A stretch of DNA of 64,000 bases, taken from contig JAPSFS010000008.1 of the NCBI GenBank assembly GCA_035063785.1, forward strand, positions 76,212 to 140,211, written 5' to 3'. The notes below the pieces were generated by a model. That model did not search any database, was not told where the DNA came from, and saw only the letters and a list, made by a program, of their open reading frames with translations. Positions 51,131-59,099 of the stretch are shown here, in pieces. The stretch is from Comamonadaceae bacterium (GTDB lineage Bacteria > Pseudomonadota > Gammaproteobacteria > Burkholderiales > Burkholderiaceae_C). The translations under genes were made by a program, and so were the position numbers. Position 1 is the stretch's first letter. Each line of letters starts with the position of its first letter.

Positions 51131-51787
51131 TTATGGCGATCCGCCCGACGCCAGCCCCGACGGCACCTGCGCCGCATCCTCCCACGCGGGGCCGTCGAAC
51201 CACGCGTCGCCATCCAGGAACGCACGCAGCAGGGTCAGGCCGTCCAGCCCCCAGAACAACCGGCCCCGCACCTCAAACATCGGCACGCCAAACACCCCCT
51301 GCGCCGCCGCCGCGTCGGTGTTGGCGCGCAGCAGCGCCTTGGCGTGCGCGCTGGCGTCGCCTTCGGGTTGCCACTGCTCGGCCAGCGCCAGCGTGAGCGC
51401 CTCCAGCCGCGCGGGATCGAGCGGGTCGTGCCCACCCAGCCACACGTGGCGCAGCACGGTGCCTGCGGTGTAGCGGTTGATGCAGCCGTCCTCGCTGTGC
51501 CGCAGCGCCAGGCGCAAGAGCGGCAGGCTGTTGAAGGGGAACTGCGGCGGCACGTCCAGGCCGCAGCCCAGCGACCGACCCAGCCAGCGCACGTGCCGCA
51601 GCGTCCACGCCCGCTTGGGCGCGATGCCCGCCGGGCCCGGGTTGCCGTGCTGCGCCAGCAGCGCGCCGAGCAGCACCGGGCGGTAGCGCACGCACACGCT
51701 CAGCCCTTCGAGCGCCTTGGGCAGTTGCTCGAAAGCCAGCCACGAATACGGCGAGACGAAATCCAGGTAGAACGTGATTTCCTTCAT
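51131..51787 (-). CDS. 2-hydroxychromene-2-carboxylate isomerase family (DsbA-like) protein
   Basis: MKEITFYLDFVSPYSWLAFEQL... and FGVPMFEV are HCCA isomerase family motifs. Confidence 0.82.
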   Translation of the reverse strand: MKEITFYLDFVSPYSWLAFEQLPKALEGLSVCVRYRPVLLGALLAQHGNPGPAGIAPKRAWTLRHVRWLGRSLGCGLDVPPQFPFNSLPLLRLALRHSEDGCINRYTAGTVLRHVWLGGHDPLDPARLEALTLALAEQWQPEGDASAHAKALLRANTDAAAAQGVFGVPMFEVRGRLFWGLDGLTLLRAFLDGDAWFDGPAWEDAAQVPSGLASGGSP

Positions 51788-51963
51788 TCCAGCTCCTTCG
51801 GCAGTACCACGCCCGCGCGGCGCAGCAGGGCGGCCCAGATGGCACGCCGCTCGGCGCCGCTCGCGCGCGGCCAGGCGCGAATCTCATGAAGCGTGCGCAA
51901 GCACCCTTCGCAGCGGCTGCGGTCGGGCGTCATGCGGCACACGGAGACGCAGGGCGAGGGCAC
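51784..51963 (-). CDS. DUF1289 family protein
   Basis: VPSPCVSVCRMTPDRSRCEGCLRTLHEIRAW is the DUF1289 Cys motif. The preferred start is GTG (complement of 51961-51963), because the 25 codons upstream (to ATG 52038) are encoded by repeat copy I. Confidence 0.65.
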   Translation of the reverse strand: MPSPCVSVCRMTPDRSRCEGCLRTLHEIRAWPRASGAERRAIWAALLRRAGVVLPKELE

Positions 51964-51974
51964 CTCGGATTCAG

Positions 51975-52028
51975 AGTCAAATTGGCCTTTGGCGCTTATC
52001 TGAAAAGCGCGAATAGCTACCAAAGGCG
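51975..52028 (-). repeat. Palindromic repeat family, copy I (ybaK-DUF1289 spacer or DUF1289 5' extension)
   Basis: TCAAATTGGCCTTTGGCGCTTatctgaAAAGCGCGAATAGCTACCAAAGG. Confidence 0.6.
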
Positions 52029-52034
52029 GAGCAT

Positions 52035-52538
52035 TCATGCGGCCGGCGCCTGCACCACGTCTTCCACCGGCGCGCCCGTCAGGCGCGCAAGGTCTTGCGG
52101 CCGCAGGCGAAACACCGCGTGCGGGTGCCCCGCCGCAGCCCAGATCTCGTCGAAGCGCAGCAGCTCGCGGTCGATCAGCGTGACCGGCGCGCTGGTGTGC
52201 CCCACGGGCGCGACGCCGCCGATGGTGAAGCCCGTCGCGCTCTTGACGAAATCGGCGTCGGCGCGGCCGATCGCGCCCACGAGCGCGCTCACCTTCTTCT
52301 CATCGACGCGCCGGTCGCCCGAGGTGATGACGAGCACCGCCGCACCGTCGCTCTTGCGCTTGAAGATGATGCTCTTGGCAATCTGGCCGACGACGATGCC
52401 CAGCGCATCCGCCGCCTCCTGCGCGGTGCGTGCGGAGCTGTCGAGCATCTGCGGCGCATGCGGGTGGCCCGCGGCGGCGAGGGCCGCCGTCACGCGCTGT
52501 ACGGAGGCATGCGGGGGCAGGGATGCGGTAACGGACAT
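52035..52538 (-). CDS. YbaK/EbsC-type aminoacyl-tRNA deacylase domain protein
   Basis: AKSIIFKRK...VLVITSGDRRVD.KKV...GFTIGGVAPVGH. The ATG is the complement of 52536-52538. Confidence 0.78.
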   Translation of the reverse strand: MSVTASLPPHASVQRVTAALAAAGHPHAPQMLDSSARTAQEAADALGIVVGQIAKSIIFKRKSDGAAVLVITSGDRRVDEKKVSALVGAIGRADADFVKSATGFTIGGVAPVGHTSAPVTLIDRELLRFDEIWAAAGHPHAVFRLRPQDLARLTGAPVEDVVQAPAA

Positions 52539-52600
52539 GGCATGGGTAGGCTTCAGTGTGGGGTCGACACGATACCCCACCGAGGCGCCCCGCGCCGCGC

Positions 52601-53686
52601 TCAGCCGGGCACGCCGGTGACCCACGCCTTGCGGATCAGCCGCCCGCATTGCACCGAGCGGTAGCCTTCGCCCAGCGAGTCGTCCAGGTCTTCATCATCG
52701 GACGACATCTGCTTGCGCGCGACGATGCCGTACCACTGCCGGCTCGCGTCGATCCACGGGTAGAAGCCGAACGCACCGGCGCTGCTGAACGCGCCATCGC
52801 CCACCACCGGGTCATCCTCGACCCAGTGACCCAGGGCGTAGTGCCAGCTCTCGCTCGCGGGCACTGGCGTGTTGCGCGCCTGCGCGCAGGTGGCGGGATT
52901 GGTGCAGACCGCGTGCGTGCCGAGCAGCGCGCCCATCTGCAGGCTGCCGTCCAGGAGCTTGCGCAGGAAGCGCGCGTAGTCGTCCGCCGTGGTGTAGACG
53001 CCGCCAGCCAGTTGCGGCTGCGAGTAGCCCAGCACCACGTCGCTGCCCAGCCTGGCGCGGATTTCGTCAGCCAGGCCGGCATTGCGCAGCGCGCCCAGGC
53101 CGACCAGGCTGGCGTGCTTTTCCATATGGCCGCCGCCGTAGGAAAACAGGCCGTCACGCGATGGCGTGTGAACGCCGTTGGTACGGAAGGCCACGCACTC
53201 GTCCACGCTCTGCGACGGCAGGCAGGCGCTGAAGCTGGTGTAGCCGCTGCGGAACGTGAGGAACTGAACGTCGCTGTCGGTCAGCGCGCCCCCGCGCAGT
53301 TCGGCCACGTAGGCGCCGTAGAGCCATTTGGATGCCGACGCGATCGCCATCACGGTGTCGTGCGCGTAGGTCGTGGCGCTGCCGGCGGACGTGAGCGACC
53401 CGGAGGCCAGCGTGCCCGTGCGGTCGCCGATCTCCCAATAAAACGGGCGGATCGGCGCGCAGGCGTTGCTGCTGCTTTGCGCCGTGCTCGTGGCCGCGGC
53501 CTGGCGCTGGGCGAGCGTCGGCACCTGCGGGGGGCCGCCATCGTCCCCCCCACCGCCGTCACCACCACCGCCGCAGGCGACCAGGCAGGCGCCCGCCATC
53601 GCGGCAATCGCCCAACGGAGGGCGCGGGTTTCGGGCGTGCGGCGCACCCCAGGTGGGTTGGAACGAGGCAAGCGGGTCTGTCTCAT
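52601..53686 (-). CDS. Serine hydrolase (beta-lactamase/transpeptidase-like) lipoprotein
   Basis: It has a lipobox (ACLVAC), a Gly/Asp-rich linker and an S-x-x-K motif (ASASKWLYG). Confidence 0.7.
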   Translation of the reverse strand: MRQTRLPRSNPPGVRRTPETRALRWAIAAMAGACLVACGGGGDGGGGDDGGPPQVPTLAQRQAAATSTAQSSSNACAPIRPFYWEIGDRTGTLASGSLTSAGSATTYAHDTVMAIASASKWLYGAYVAELRGGALTDSDVQFLTFRSGYTSFSACLPSQSVDECVAFRTNGVHTPSRDGLFSYGGGHMEKHASLVGLGALRNAGLADEIRARLGSDVVLGYSQPQLAGGVYTTADDYARFLRKLLDGSLQMGALLGTHAVCTNPATCAQARNTPVPASESWHYALGHWVEDDPVVGDGAFSSAGAFGFYPWIDASRQWYGIVARKQMSSDDEDLDDSLGEGYRSVQCGRLIRKAWVTGVPG

Positions 53687-53834
53687 CGCAGCTCCTTCAG
53701 GGCATGGTGGGAACCACGCGGACCGCGCCGTGAGCGGGCACCGCGTGCTCCCAGCATCGCCGCGCACTGTAAGGCCCGCGTGAAGAAACGTAGCGCCCGG
53801 CAAAACCGTGGTAACCGGTCGCGAGCGCACCGGA

Positions 53835-54740
53835 TCAGCCGCGCTTGTTCAGGATGGCCACCGCCACGCGCGATTGCGGCTTCTTGCCCAGCACGCTGCT
53901 GATGTACGCGCCCGCATCAACGAGCTTGTCCAGATCGACGCCCGTCTCTATGCCCAGGCCGTTCAACAGGTAGACCACATCCTCGGTCGCCACGTTGCCC
54001 GTCGCGCCCTTGGCGTAGGGGCAGCCGCCCAGGCCCGCCACGGACGACTGGAAGTTCCACACGCCCACTTCCAGCGCCGCCAGCGTGTTGGAGACCGCCT
54101 GCCCGTAGGTGTCGTGGAAATGCCCCGAGACGTGGTCCAGGTCGTAGTGCCTGAGCGCCGCCTCGATCGCGCGCTGCACCTTGCGCGGCGTGCCCACGCC
54201 GATGGTGTCGGCCACGTCCACGCGCTCAACGCCTATGCCCTTCATCAGCCCCGCGAGGTACTCCACGCGCTCGGGCGCGATCTCGCCCTCGTAGGGACAG
54301 CCCACGGTGCAGCTCATCGCGCCGCGCACCGCGATGCCCGCCGCGCGCGCCGCCTCGGCGACCGGCGCAAAGCGCTCGATGCTCTCGGCGATGCTGCAGT
54401 TGATGTTGCGCTGGCTGAAGGCCTCGCTCGCCGCGCCGAAGACCACGACCTCGTCAGGCTGGTCGAGCAGCGCCGCCTCGAAACCCTTCATGTTGGGCGT
54501 GAGCACCGAATAGCGCACGCCCGGCGCGCGCCGCATGCCGCTCATCACCGCATGGTTGTCGGCCATCTGCGGCACCCACTTGGGGCTGACGTAGCTGGTG
54601 ACCTCGATCTCCTTGAGGCCCGCCGCCTGCAGGCGCGCGACGAGTTCGATCTTGTCGCTGCTGGCCACGGGCTGCTTTTCGTTCTGCAGGCCGTCACGCG
54701 GGCCGACGTCGATGATCCGCACTCTGGAAGGGTATTGCAT
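53835..54740 (-). CDS. liuE: Hydroxymethylglutaryl-CoA lyase
   Basis: VRIIDVGPRDGLQNEK...GHFHDTYGQAVSN...GLGGCPYAKGATGNVATEDVVY. Confidence 0.92.
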   Translation of the reverse strand: MQYPSRVRIIDVGPRDGLQNEKQPVASSDKIELVARLQAAGLKEIEVTSYVSPKWVPQMADNHAVMSGMRRAPGVRYSVLTPNMKGFEAALLDQPDEVVVFGAASEAFSQRNINCSIAESIERFAPVAEAARAAGIAVRGAMSCTVGCPYEGEIAPERVEYLAGLMKGIGVERVDVADTIGVGTPRKVQRAIEAALRHYDLDHVSGHFHDTYGQAVSNTLAALEVGVWNFQSSVAGLGGCPYAKGATGNVATEDVVYLLNGLGIETGVDLDKLVDAGAYISSVLGKKPQSRVAVAILNKRG

Positions 54741-54759
54741 CGCGGTTCTCCAAATCGTT

Positions 54760-56802
54760 TCAGGCGGTCGCAAGTTTGAGCAGTTCCTCACCCTCGGCCA
54801 CCTGATCGCCGGGCGCGTAGAGCAGCTCGGCCACGGTACCGTCGCGCGGGGCAGCGATGGTGTGCTCCATCTTCATCGCCTCCATCACCGCCAGCGCCTG
54901 GCCCTTGCTGACCTTGTCGCCCGCCTTCACGGCGAACGACACCACCTTGCCCGGCATGGGTGCCGTGAGGCGCCCGCCCTCTTCCTGCGCGGCGCTGGCC
55001 TGCGCCAGCTCGTCGATCACCTCGATGCGCGTGGCGCCCTGCGGCGCGAACACGTCGAGCAGCCCGCCGCGCGCATAGACCGCCACCGTCTCGCGCCGGT
55101 CGGCGAAGCGCAGGTCGATGCGCCCATCGGCCACGCGCTCGAACACCAGCGCGTCGCTCACGGCCCGATCGCCCTCGCCCACGGTGAGTTGCAGCGTGCC
55201 GTCGTGCGCGTAGCGCAGCGCCGCCGTTTGCGCCACGCCGCCGAACATCAGCGCAAAGCGGCGCGTGACCTCGCCATGCGAATGCCAGCCGTCGCGGCGG
55301 CTGAAGGGGTCGGCGGTTTCGCTCGCGCGCTCAGCCAGCAGGGTGTGCGCCACCGCCGCGGCGGCAGCCAGCGGCAGGCCCACGGGCTCCTGACGGAACA
55401 GCGCCGCGCGCTCGCGCTCGATCAGAGCGGTATCGAGCTCGGCCTTCGCGAACGCGGCGCTCGCGACCGCACGGCGCAGGAACTGCACGTTGGTGGCCAG
55501 GCCCACGATGTGCGTCTCGGCCAGCGCCCCGGCCAGACGCGCCAGCGCCTCTTCGCGCGTGGCGCCGTGCACGATGAGCTTGGCGATCATGCTGTCGTAG
55601 AACGGGCTGATCGCATCGCCTTCGCGCACGCCGTCGTCAAAGCGCACGTGGATGCCCGTTCCAGCAAGCGCCGCGCGCTCGAAGCTCACATGCGGCGGCT
55701 TGCGGTAGACCACGAGCTGACCGGTGGCAGGCAGGAAATCGTTGTCGGGGTTTTCGGCGCAGATGCGCGCCTCGATCGCGTGGCCGGTGATGCGCAGGTC
55801 TTCCTGTCTGCACGGCAGCGGCTCGCCCGCCGCTACGCGCAACTGCCACTCCACCAGGTCCTGCCCGCTGATCGCCTCGGTCACCGGGTGCTCGACCTGC
55901 AGCCGCGTGTTCATCTCCATGAAGAAGAACTGCATCTGCTCCGGGTGCGCGTAGCCGCCGGGCTGCTCGACGATGAATTCCACCGTGCCCGCGCCGACGT
56001 AGTCCACCGCCTTGGCCGCGGCCACCGCCGCCTCGCCCATCCTGCGGCGCATCTCGGGCGTGAGGCCGGGCGCGGGCGATTCTTCCAGCACCTTCTGGTG
56101 GCGCCGCTGCGTGGAGCAGTCGCGCTCGAACAGGTACACGCAGTTGCCATGCGTGTCGCCGAAGATCTGGATCTCGATGTGGCGCGGGCGCTGCACGAGC
56201 TTTTCGATCAGCACCGCATCGTTGGCAAAGCTGTTGATCGCCTCGCGCTTGCACGAGGCCAGTGCCTCGGCGAAGTCCTCGCTCTTGTAGACCTCGCGCA
56301 TGCCCTTGCCGCCGCCGCCCGCGCTCGCCTTGATGAGCACCGGGTAGCCGATCGCGTCGGCCTCGCGCTGCAGCAGTGCCGGGTCCTGGTCTTCGCCCTG
56401 GTAGCCCGGTACCAGCGGCACGCCCGCCCGGGCCATGAGGCGCTTGGATTCGGCCTTCAGCCCCATGGCCTGGATGCTCGACGGCAGCGGGCCGATGAAG
56501 ACCAGCCCCGCATCCGCGCAGGCCTGCGCGAAGTGCGTGTTCTCGCTCAGAAAACCGTAGCCGGGGTGGATCGCCTGCGCGCCCGTGGCCTTGGCCGCAT
56601 CGATGATGGCCTGCCAGCGCAGGTAACTGTCCTTGGGCGCGCTGGCGCCGATGTGGATGGCCTCGTCACATGCGGCCACGTGCTTGGCATGTGCGTCGGC
56701 GTCGGAATACACCGCCACCGTCTTCACGCCCATGCGGCGGGCCGTCGCAGCCACGCGGCAGGCGATCTCTCCACGATTCGCGATCAGTATTTTTTTGAAC
56801 AT
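54760..56802 (-). CDS. liuD: 3-methylcrotonyl-CoA carboxylase alpha (biotin carboxylase + BCCP)
   Basis: MFKKILIANRGEIACRV..., an ATP-grasp domain and a C-terminal biotinyl motif EAMKMEH. Confidence 0.93.
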   Translation of the reverse strand: MFKKILIANRGEIACRVAATARRMGVKTVAVYSDADAHAKHVAACDEAIHIGASAPKDSYLRWQAIIDAAKATGAQAIHPGYGFLSENTHFAQACADAGLVFIGPLPSSIQAMGLKAESKRLMARAGVPLVPGYQGEDQDPALLQREADAIGYPVLIKASAGGGGKGMREVYKSEDFAEALASCKREAINSFANDAVLIEKLVQRPRHIEIQIFGDTHGNCVYLFERDCSTQRRHQKVLEESPAPGLTPEMRRRMGEAAVAAAKAVDYVGAGTVEFIVEQPGGYAHPEQMQFFFMEMNTRLQVEHPVTEAISGQDLVEWQLRVAAGEPLPCRQEDLRITGHAIEARICAENPDNDFLPATGQLVVYRKPPHVSFERAALAGTGIHVRFDDGVREGDAISPFYDSMIAKLIVHGATREEALARLAGALAETHIVGLATNVQFLRRAVASAAFAKAELDTALIERERAALFRQEPVGLPLAAAAAVAHTLLAERASETADPFSRRDGWHSHGEVTRRFALMFGGVAQTAALRYAHDGTLQLTVGEGDRAVSDALVFERVADGRIDLRFADRRETVAVYARGGLLDVFAPQGATRIEVIDELAQASAAQEEGGRLTAPMPGKVVSFAVKAGDKVSKGQALAVMEAMKMEHTIAAPRDGTVAELLYAPGDQVAEGEELLKLATA

Positions 56803-57537
56803 TCAAGCCACCTTCACAGAACCCGAAAACACCGACGACACGCGCCGCAGCACGGCGCGCAAAAACTTGAACAGCACCACGAGCAGCACCGCGGAAAGGA
56901 CGAGCGCCACCACCAGCGCGACGGCAAACCACACCGGGTGCTGCACCGCCAGCCAGAGCGCGGCCACCACGATGCCGTCCTCGAAGAACGACAGCCCCCA
57001 GTTGGAAAACGGCTCGGGCGAGACGTTGGCCGCCGCGCGCGTGGTCATCTTGGTGGCGAGCGCCGTGGCAGAGAGCGAGCCGCCCAGCAGCCCCGCGACC
57101 ACCGCCATCGTGGCGTCGTTCATGCCGAACACGCTCGCCGCCAGCAGCGCCCCGGCAGGCACGCGGATGAAGGCGTGCACACCGTCCCACAGGCTGTCGA
57201 GCCAGGGCACCTTGTCGGCGAAGAATTCGATGAACAGCATCGCGCCGCTCGCCATCAGCACCGCCGGATGCTGCAGCACCACGAGCCCCGGCGGCAGCGC
57301 CACCCAGTCCGCCGCGCCCGCCAACCCGACGAGGAACACGACGGCGTACAGCCGCAGACCGCTGGCCCAGCCCAGTGCGGCGGCCAGCGCGAGCAGGCCC
57401 GGCATGTCCAGCCGCGCCACGCCCTGCTGCACCTGCGCCGCGCCACCCGCGACCACCTGCGCGGTACCGGCATCGACATGCAGACCCATGCCATGGAGCC
57501 ACTGCACGATCTGGAGCCAGAGCGCGTCCATCGCCAT
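56803..57537 (-). CDS. DUF4126-like integral membrane protein
   Basis: Hydrophobic protein of about 244 aa. Its stop abuts the liuD start codon with 0 nt spacing. The family assignment is tentative. Confidence 0.55.
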   Translation of the reverse strand: MAMDALWLQIVQWLHGMGLHVDAGTAQVVAGGAAQVQQGVARLDMPGLLALAAALGWASGLRLYAVVFLVGLAGAADWVALPPGLVVLQHPAVLMASGAMLFIEFFADKVPWLDSLWDGVHAFIRVPAGALLAASVFGMNDATMAVVAGLLGGSLSATALATKMTTRAAANVSPEPFSNWGLSFFEDGIVVAALWLAVQHPVWFAVALVVALVLSAVLLVVLFKFLRAVLRRVSSVFSGSVKVA

Positions 57538-57544
57538 TGGCCTT

Positions 57545-58330
57545 TCAGCGCGCCAGCCAGTTCGGCTTGCGCTTTTGCAGGAAGGACTGCACGCCTTCCT
57601 TGCCGTCACTGCTCGCGCGGATGTCGGCGATGCCGCGCACCGTCTCGGCGATCAGTGCGGCGTTGATCTCACGCTCGGCCACATCCTGCACCAGGCGCTT
57701 GGCGACCCTCAAGGCGTTGGGACTGGCGTTGCACAGCGCATGCACCCAGCCGTCCACGGTTGCATCGAGCTGGTCGGCCGCCACCACCTCGTGCACGAAG
57801 CCGATGCGCAGCGCCTCGGCGGCGGAAAAGCGCTCGGCCGTCAGAAAGTAGCGGTGCGCCGCGCGCGGCCCCATCGCGCGGATCACGTAGGGGCTGATGG
57901 TGGCGGGCACGAGCCCGAGCTTGACCTCGCTCAGGCAGTAGTGCGCCGTATCGACGCTCACGGCCAGGTCGCACGCGGCCACCAGCCCCATGCCGCCCGC
58001 GTACACGTCGCCCTGCACGCGCGCGATGGTGGGTTTGGGGCATTCGTACATCACGCGCAGCATCTCGGCGAGCTTGCCCGCATCCTCGACGTTTTCCGCG
58101 TGCGAATAGTCCGCCATGCGGCGCATCCAGTTGAGGTTGGCACCCGCGCAGAAGGCCGGCCCTTCGGCGGCGAGCACCACGGCGCGCACGTCGCCCCGCG
58201 CGCCCACGTCGGTGAACGCGGCGGTGAGCTCGGCGATCACCTCGTCGCTGAAGGCGTTGCGCACCTCGGGCTGGGTGAGGGTGATGCGGGCGACGGAGCC
58301 GTCGAACGTGGTCGTCAGCGCGGTACTCAT
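57545..58330 (-). CDS. liuC: Methylglutaconyl-CoA hydratase (crotonase family)
   Basis: GPAFCAGANLNWM...VYAGGMGLVAACDLAVS, within the liu operon. Confidence 0.85.
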   Translation of the reverse strand: MSTALTTTFDGSVARITLTQPEVRNAFSDEVIAELTAAFTDVGARGDVRAVVLAAEGPAFCAGANLNWMRRMADYSHAENVEDAGKLAEMLRVMYECPKPTIARVQGDVYAGGMGLVAACDLAVSVDTAHYCLSEVKLGLVPATISPYVIRAMGPRAAHRYFLTAERFSAAEALRIGFVHEVVAADQLDATVDGWVHALCNASPNALRVAKRLVQDVAEREINAALIAETVRGIADIRASSDGKEGVQSFLQKRKPNWLAR

Positions 58331-58348
58331 GGGCAAACTCTCCAAAAT

Positions 58349-58771
58349 TCAGTTGATGGCGCGGCGCGGTGGCTCGAAGGTCTGCAGGCCATGATGGCGC
58401 ACCATGCCGTCGAAATCGCGGTCGGCGTGCAGCAGTGGGACATCGTTATCGATGCACCAGGCGCCTACCAGCAGGTCGATCGCGCTGCGCACCGTGGTGC
58501 CACGCGCGCGCAGGCTGCGATAGACGGACGCGGCCAGATACGCCACCTGCTCGCCCCCGGCCACGTGGACGGGGAAATCACCCAAGGCTGCCTGCGCCGT
58601 GCGCAGCTCGCCCAGATGGCGAAAACCCCGCAATACCTCCATCAGCACCACGTCGAGCAGGACGAGATCGCACTCGTCGCTGTCGAGCGCGGCATCGAGC
58701 GCCTGCGCCTGCGGCGTGTCGACGCCGTTGAAGTAGTCGATCCAGACGCTGCTGTCCACCGTGTACATCAT
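58349..58771 (-). CDS. vapC: Type II toxin VapC (PIN-domain RNase)
   Basis: The PIN acidic residues are VDSSVWIDY (D), MEVL (E), IDLLV (D) and HADRDFD. It overlaps vapB by 4 nt. Confidence 0.88.
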   Translation of the reverse strand: MMYTVDSSVWIDYFNGVDTPQAQALDAALDSDECDLVLLDVVLMEVLRGFRHLGELRTAQAALGDFPVHVAGGEQVAYLAASVYRSLRARGTTVRSAIDLLVGAWCIDNDVPLLHADRDFDGMVRHHGLQTFEPPRRAIN

Positions 58772-59055
58772 GGTCGGGCCTTGGCCGGGCGGCGGCGCGC
58801 GCCACCCGCATAGGGAGCGGCTGCAGGCTCATTGACCGCAGCCGTCGCCAACACATCGCCTGCTTCCCAGGCAGGGGCGAGCTTGGCCGAATCGTCCCAG
58901 TGCAACTTGCCACGCAGCGCGCGCAAGCCCTGATAGGCCTTGCGGCGGCGCAGCAGGCGCAAGCCCTCTTCCACGGCCTCCTTCTTGGTCTTGAACTCGC
59001 CCGAGCCCATGACCGCAGCCATCAGCTCGTCGTCGATGTCGATGTTGGTCCGCAT
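58768..59055 (-). CDS. vapB: Type II antitoxin VapB (DUF2191/RHH-like)
   Basis: MRTNIDIDDELMAAVMGSGEFKTKKEAVEEGLRLLRRR is a typical VapB N-terminus. Confidence 0.8.
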   Translation of the reverse strand: MRTNIDIDDELMAAVMGSGEFKTKKEAVEEGLRLLRRRKAYQGLRALRGKLHWDDSAKLAPAWEAGDVLATAAVNEPAAAPYAGGARRRPAKARP

Positions 59056-59067
59056 GTCCCGCCTTGA

Positions 59068-59099
59068 AATGTGTATGAATTCAATGAATCATACACATT
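59068..59099. promoter_or_regulatory. 11-bp inverted repeat (AATGTGTATGA-N10-TCATACACATT), candidate vapBC operator and/or post-liuB hairpin
   Basis: Seen directly, 13 nt upstream of the vapB ATG. The right arm overlaps the liuB TAA stop. It is an AT-rich island in GC-rich DNA. Confidence 0.5.

Noticed and set aside
53525-53590. G/C-rich run encoding GGGGDGGGGDDGGPP in the serine hydrolase
   Set aside because: It is a low-complexity flexible tether directly after the lipobox Cys of a lipoprotein. It has no repeat partners elsewhere in the window.
54598-57666. 1022-aa ORF on the + strand across liuE/liuD/DUF4126
   Set aside because: It is an antisense artefact of GC-rich coding sequence. The minus-strand genes are clearly real (biotin carboxylase, HMG-CoA lyase).
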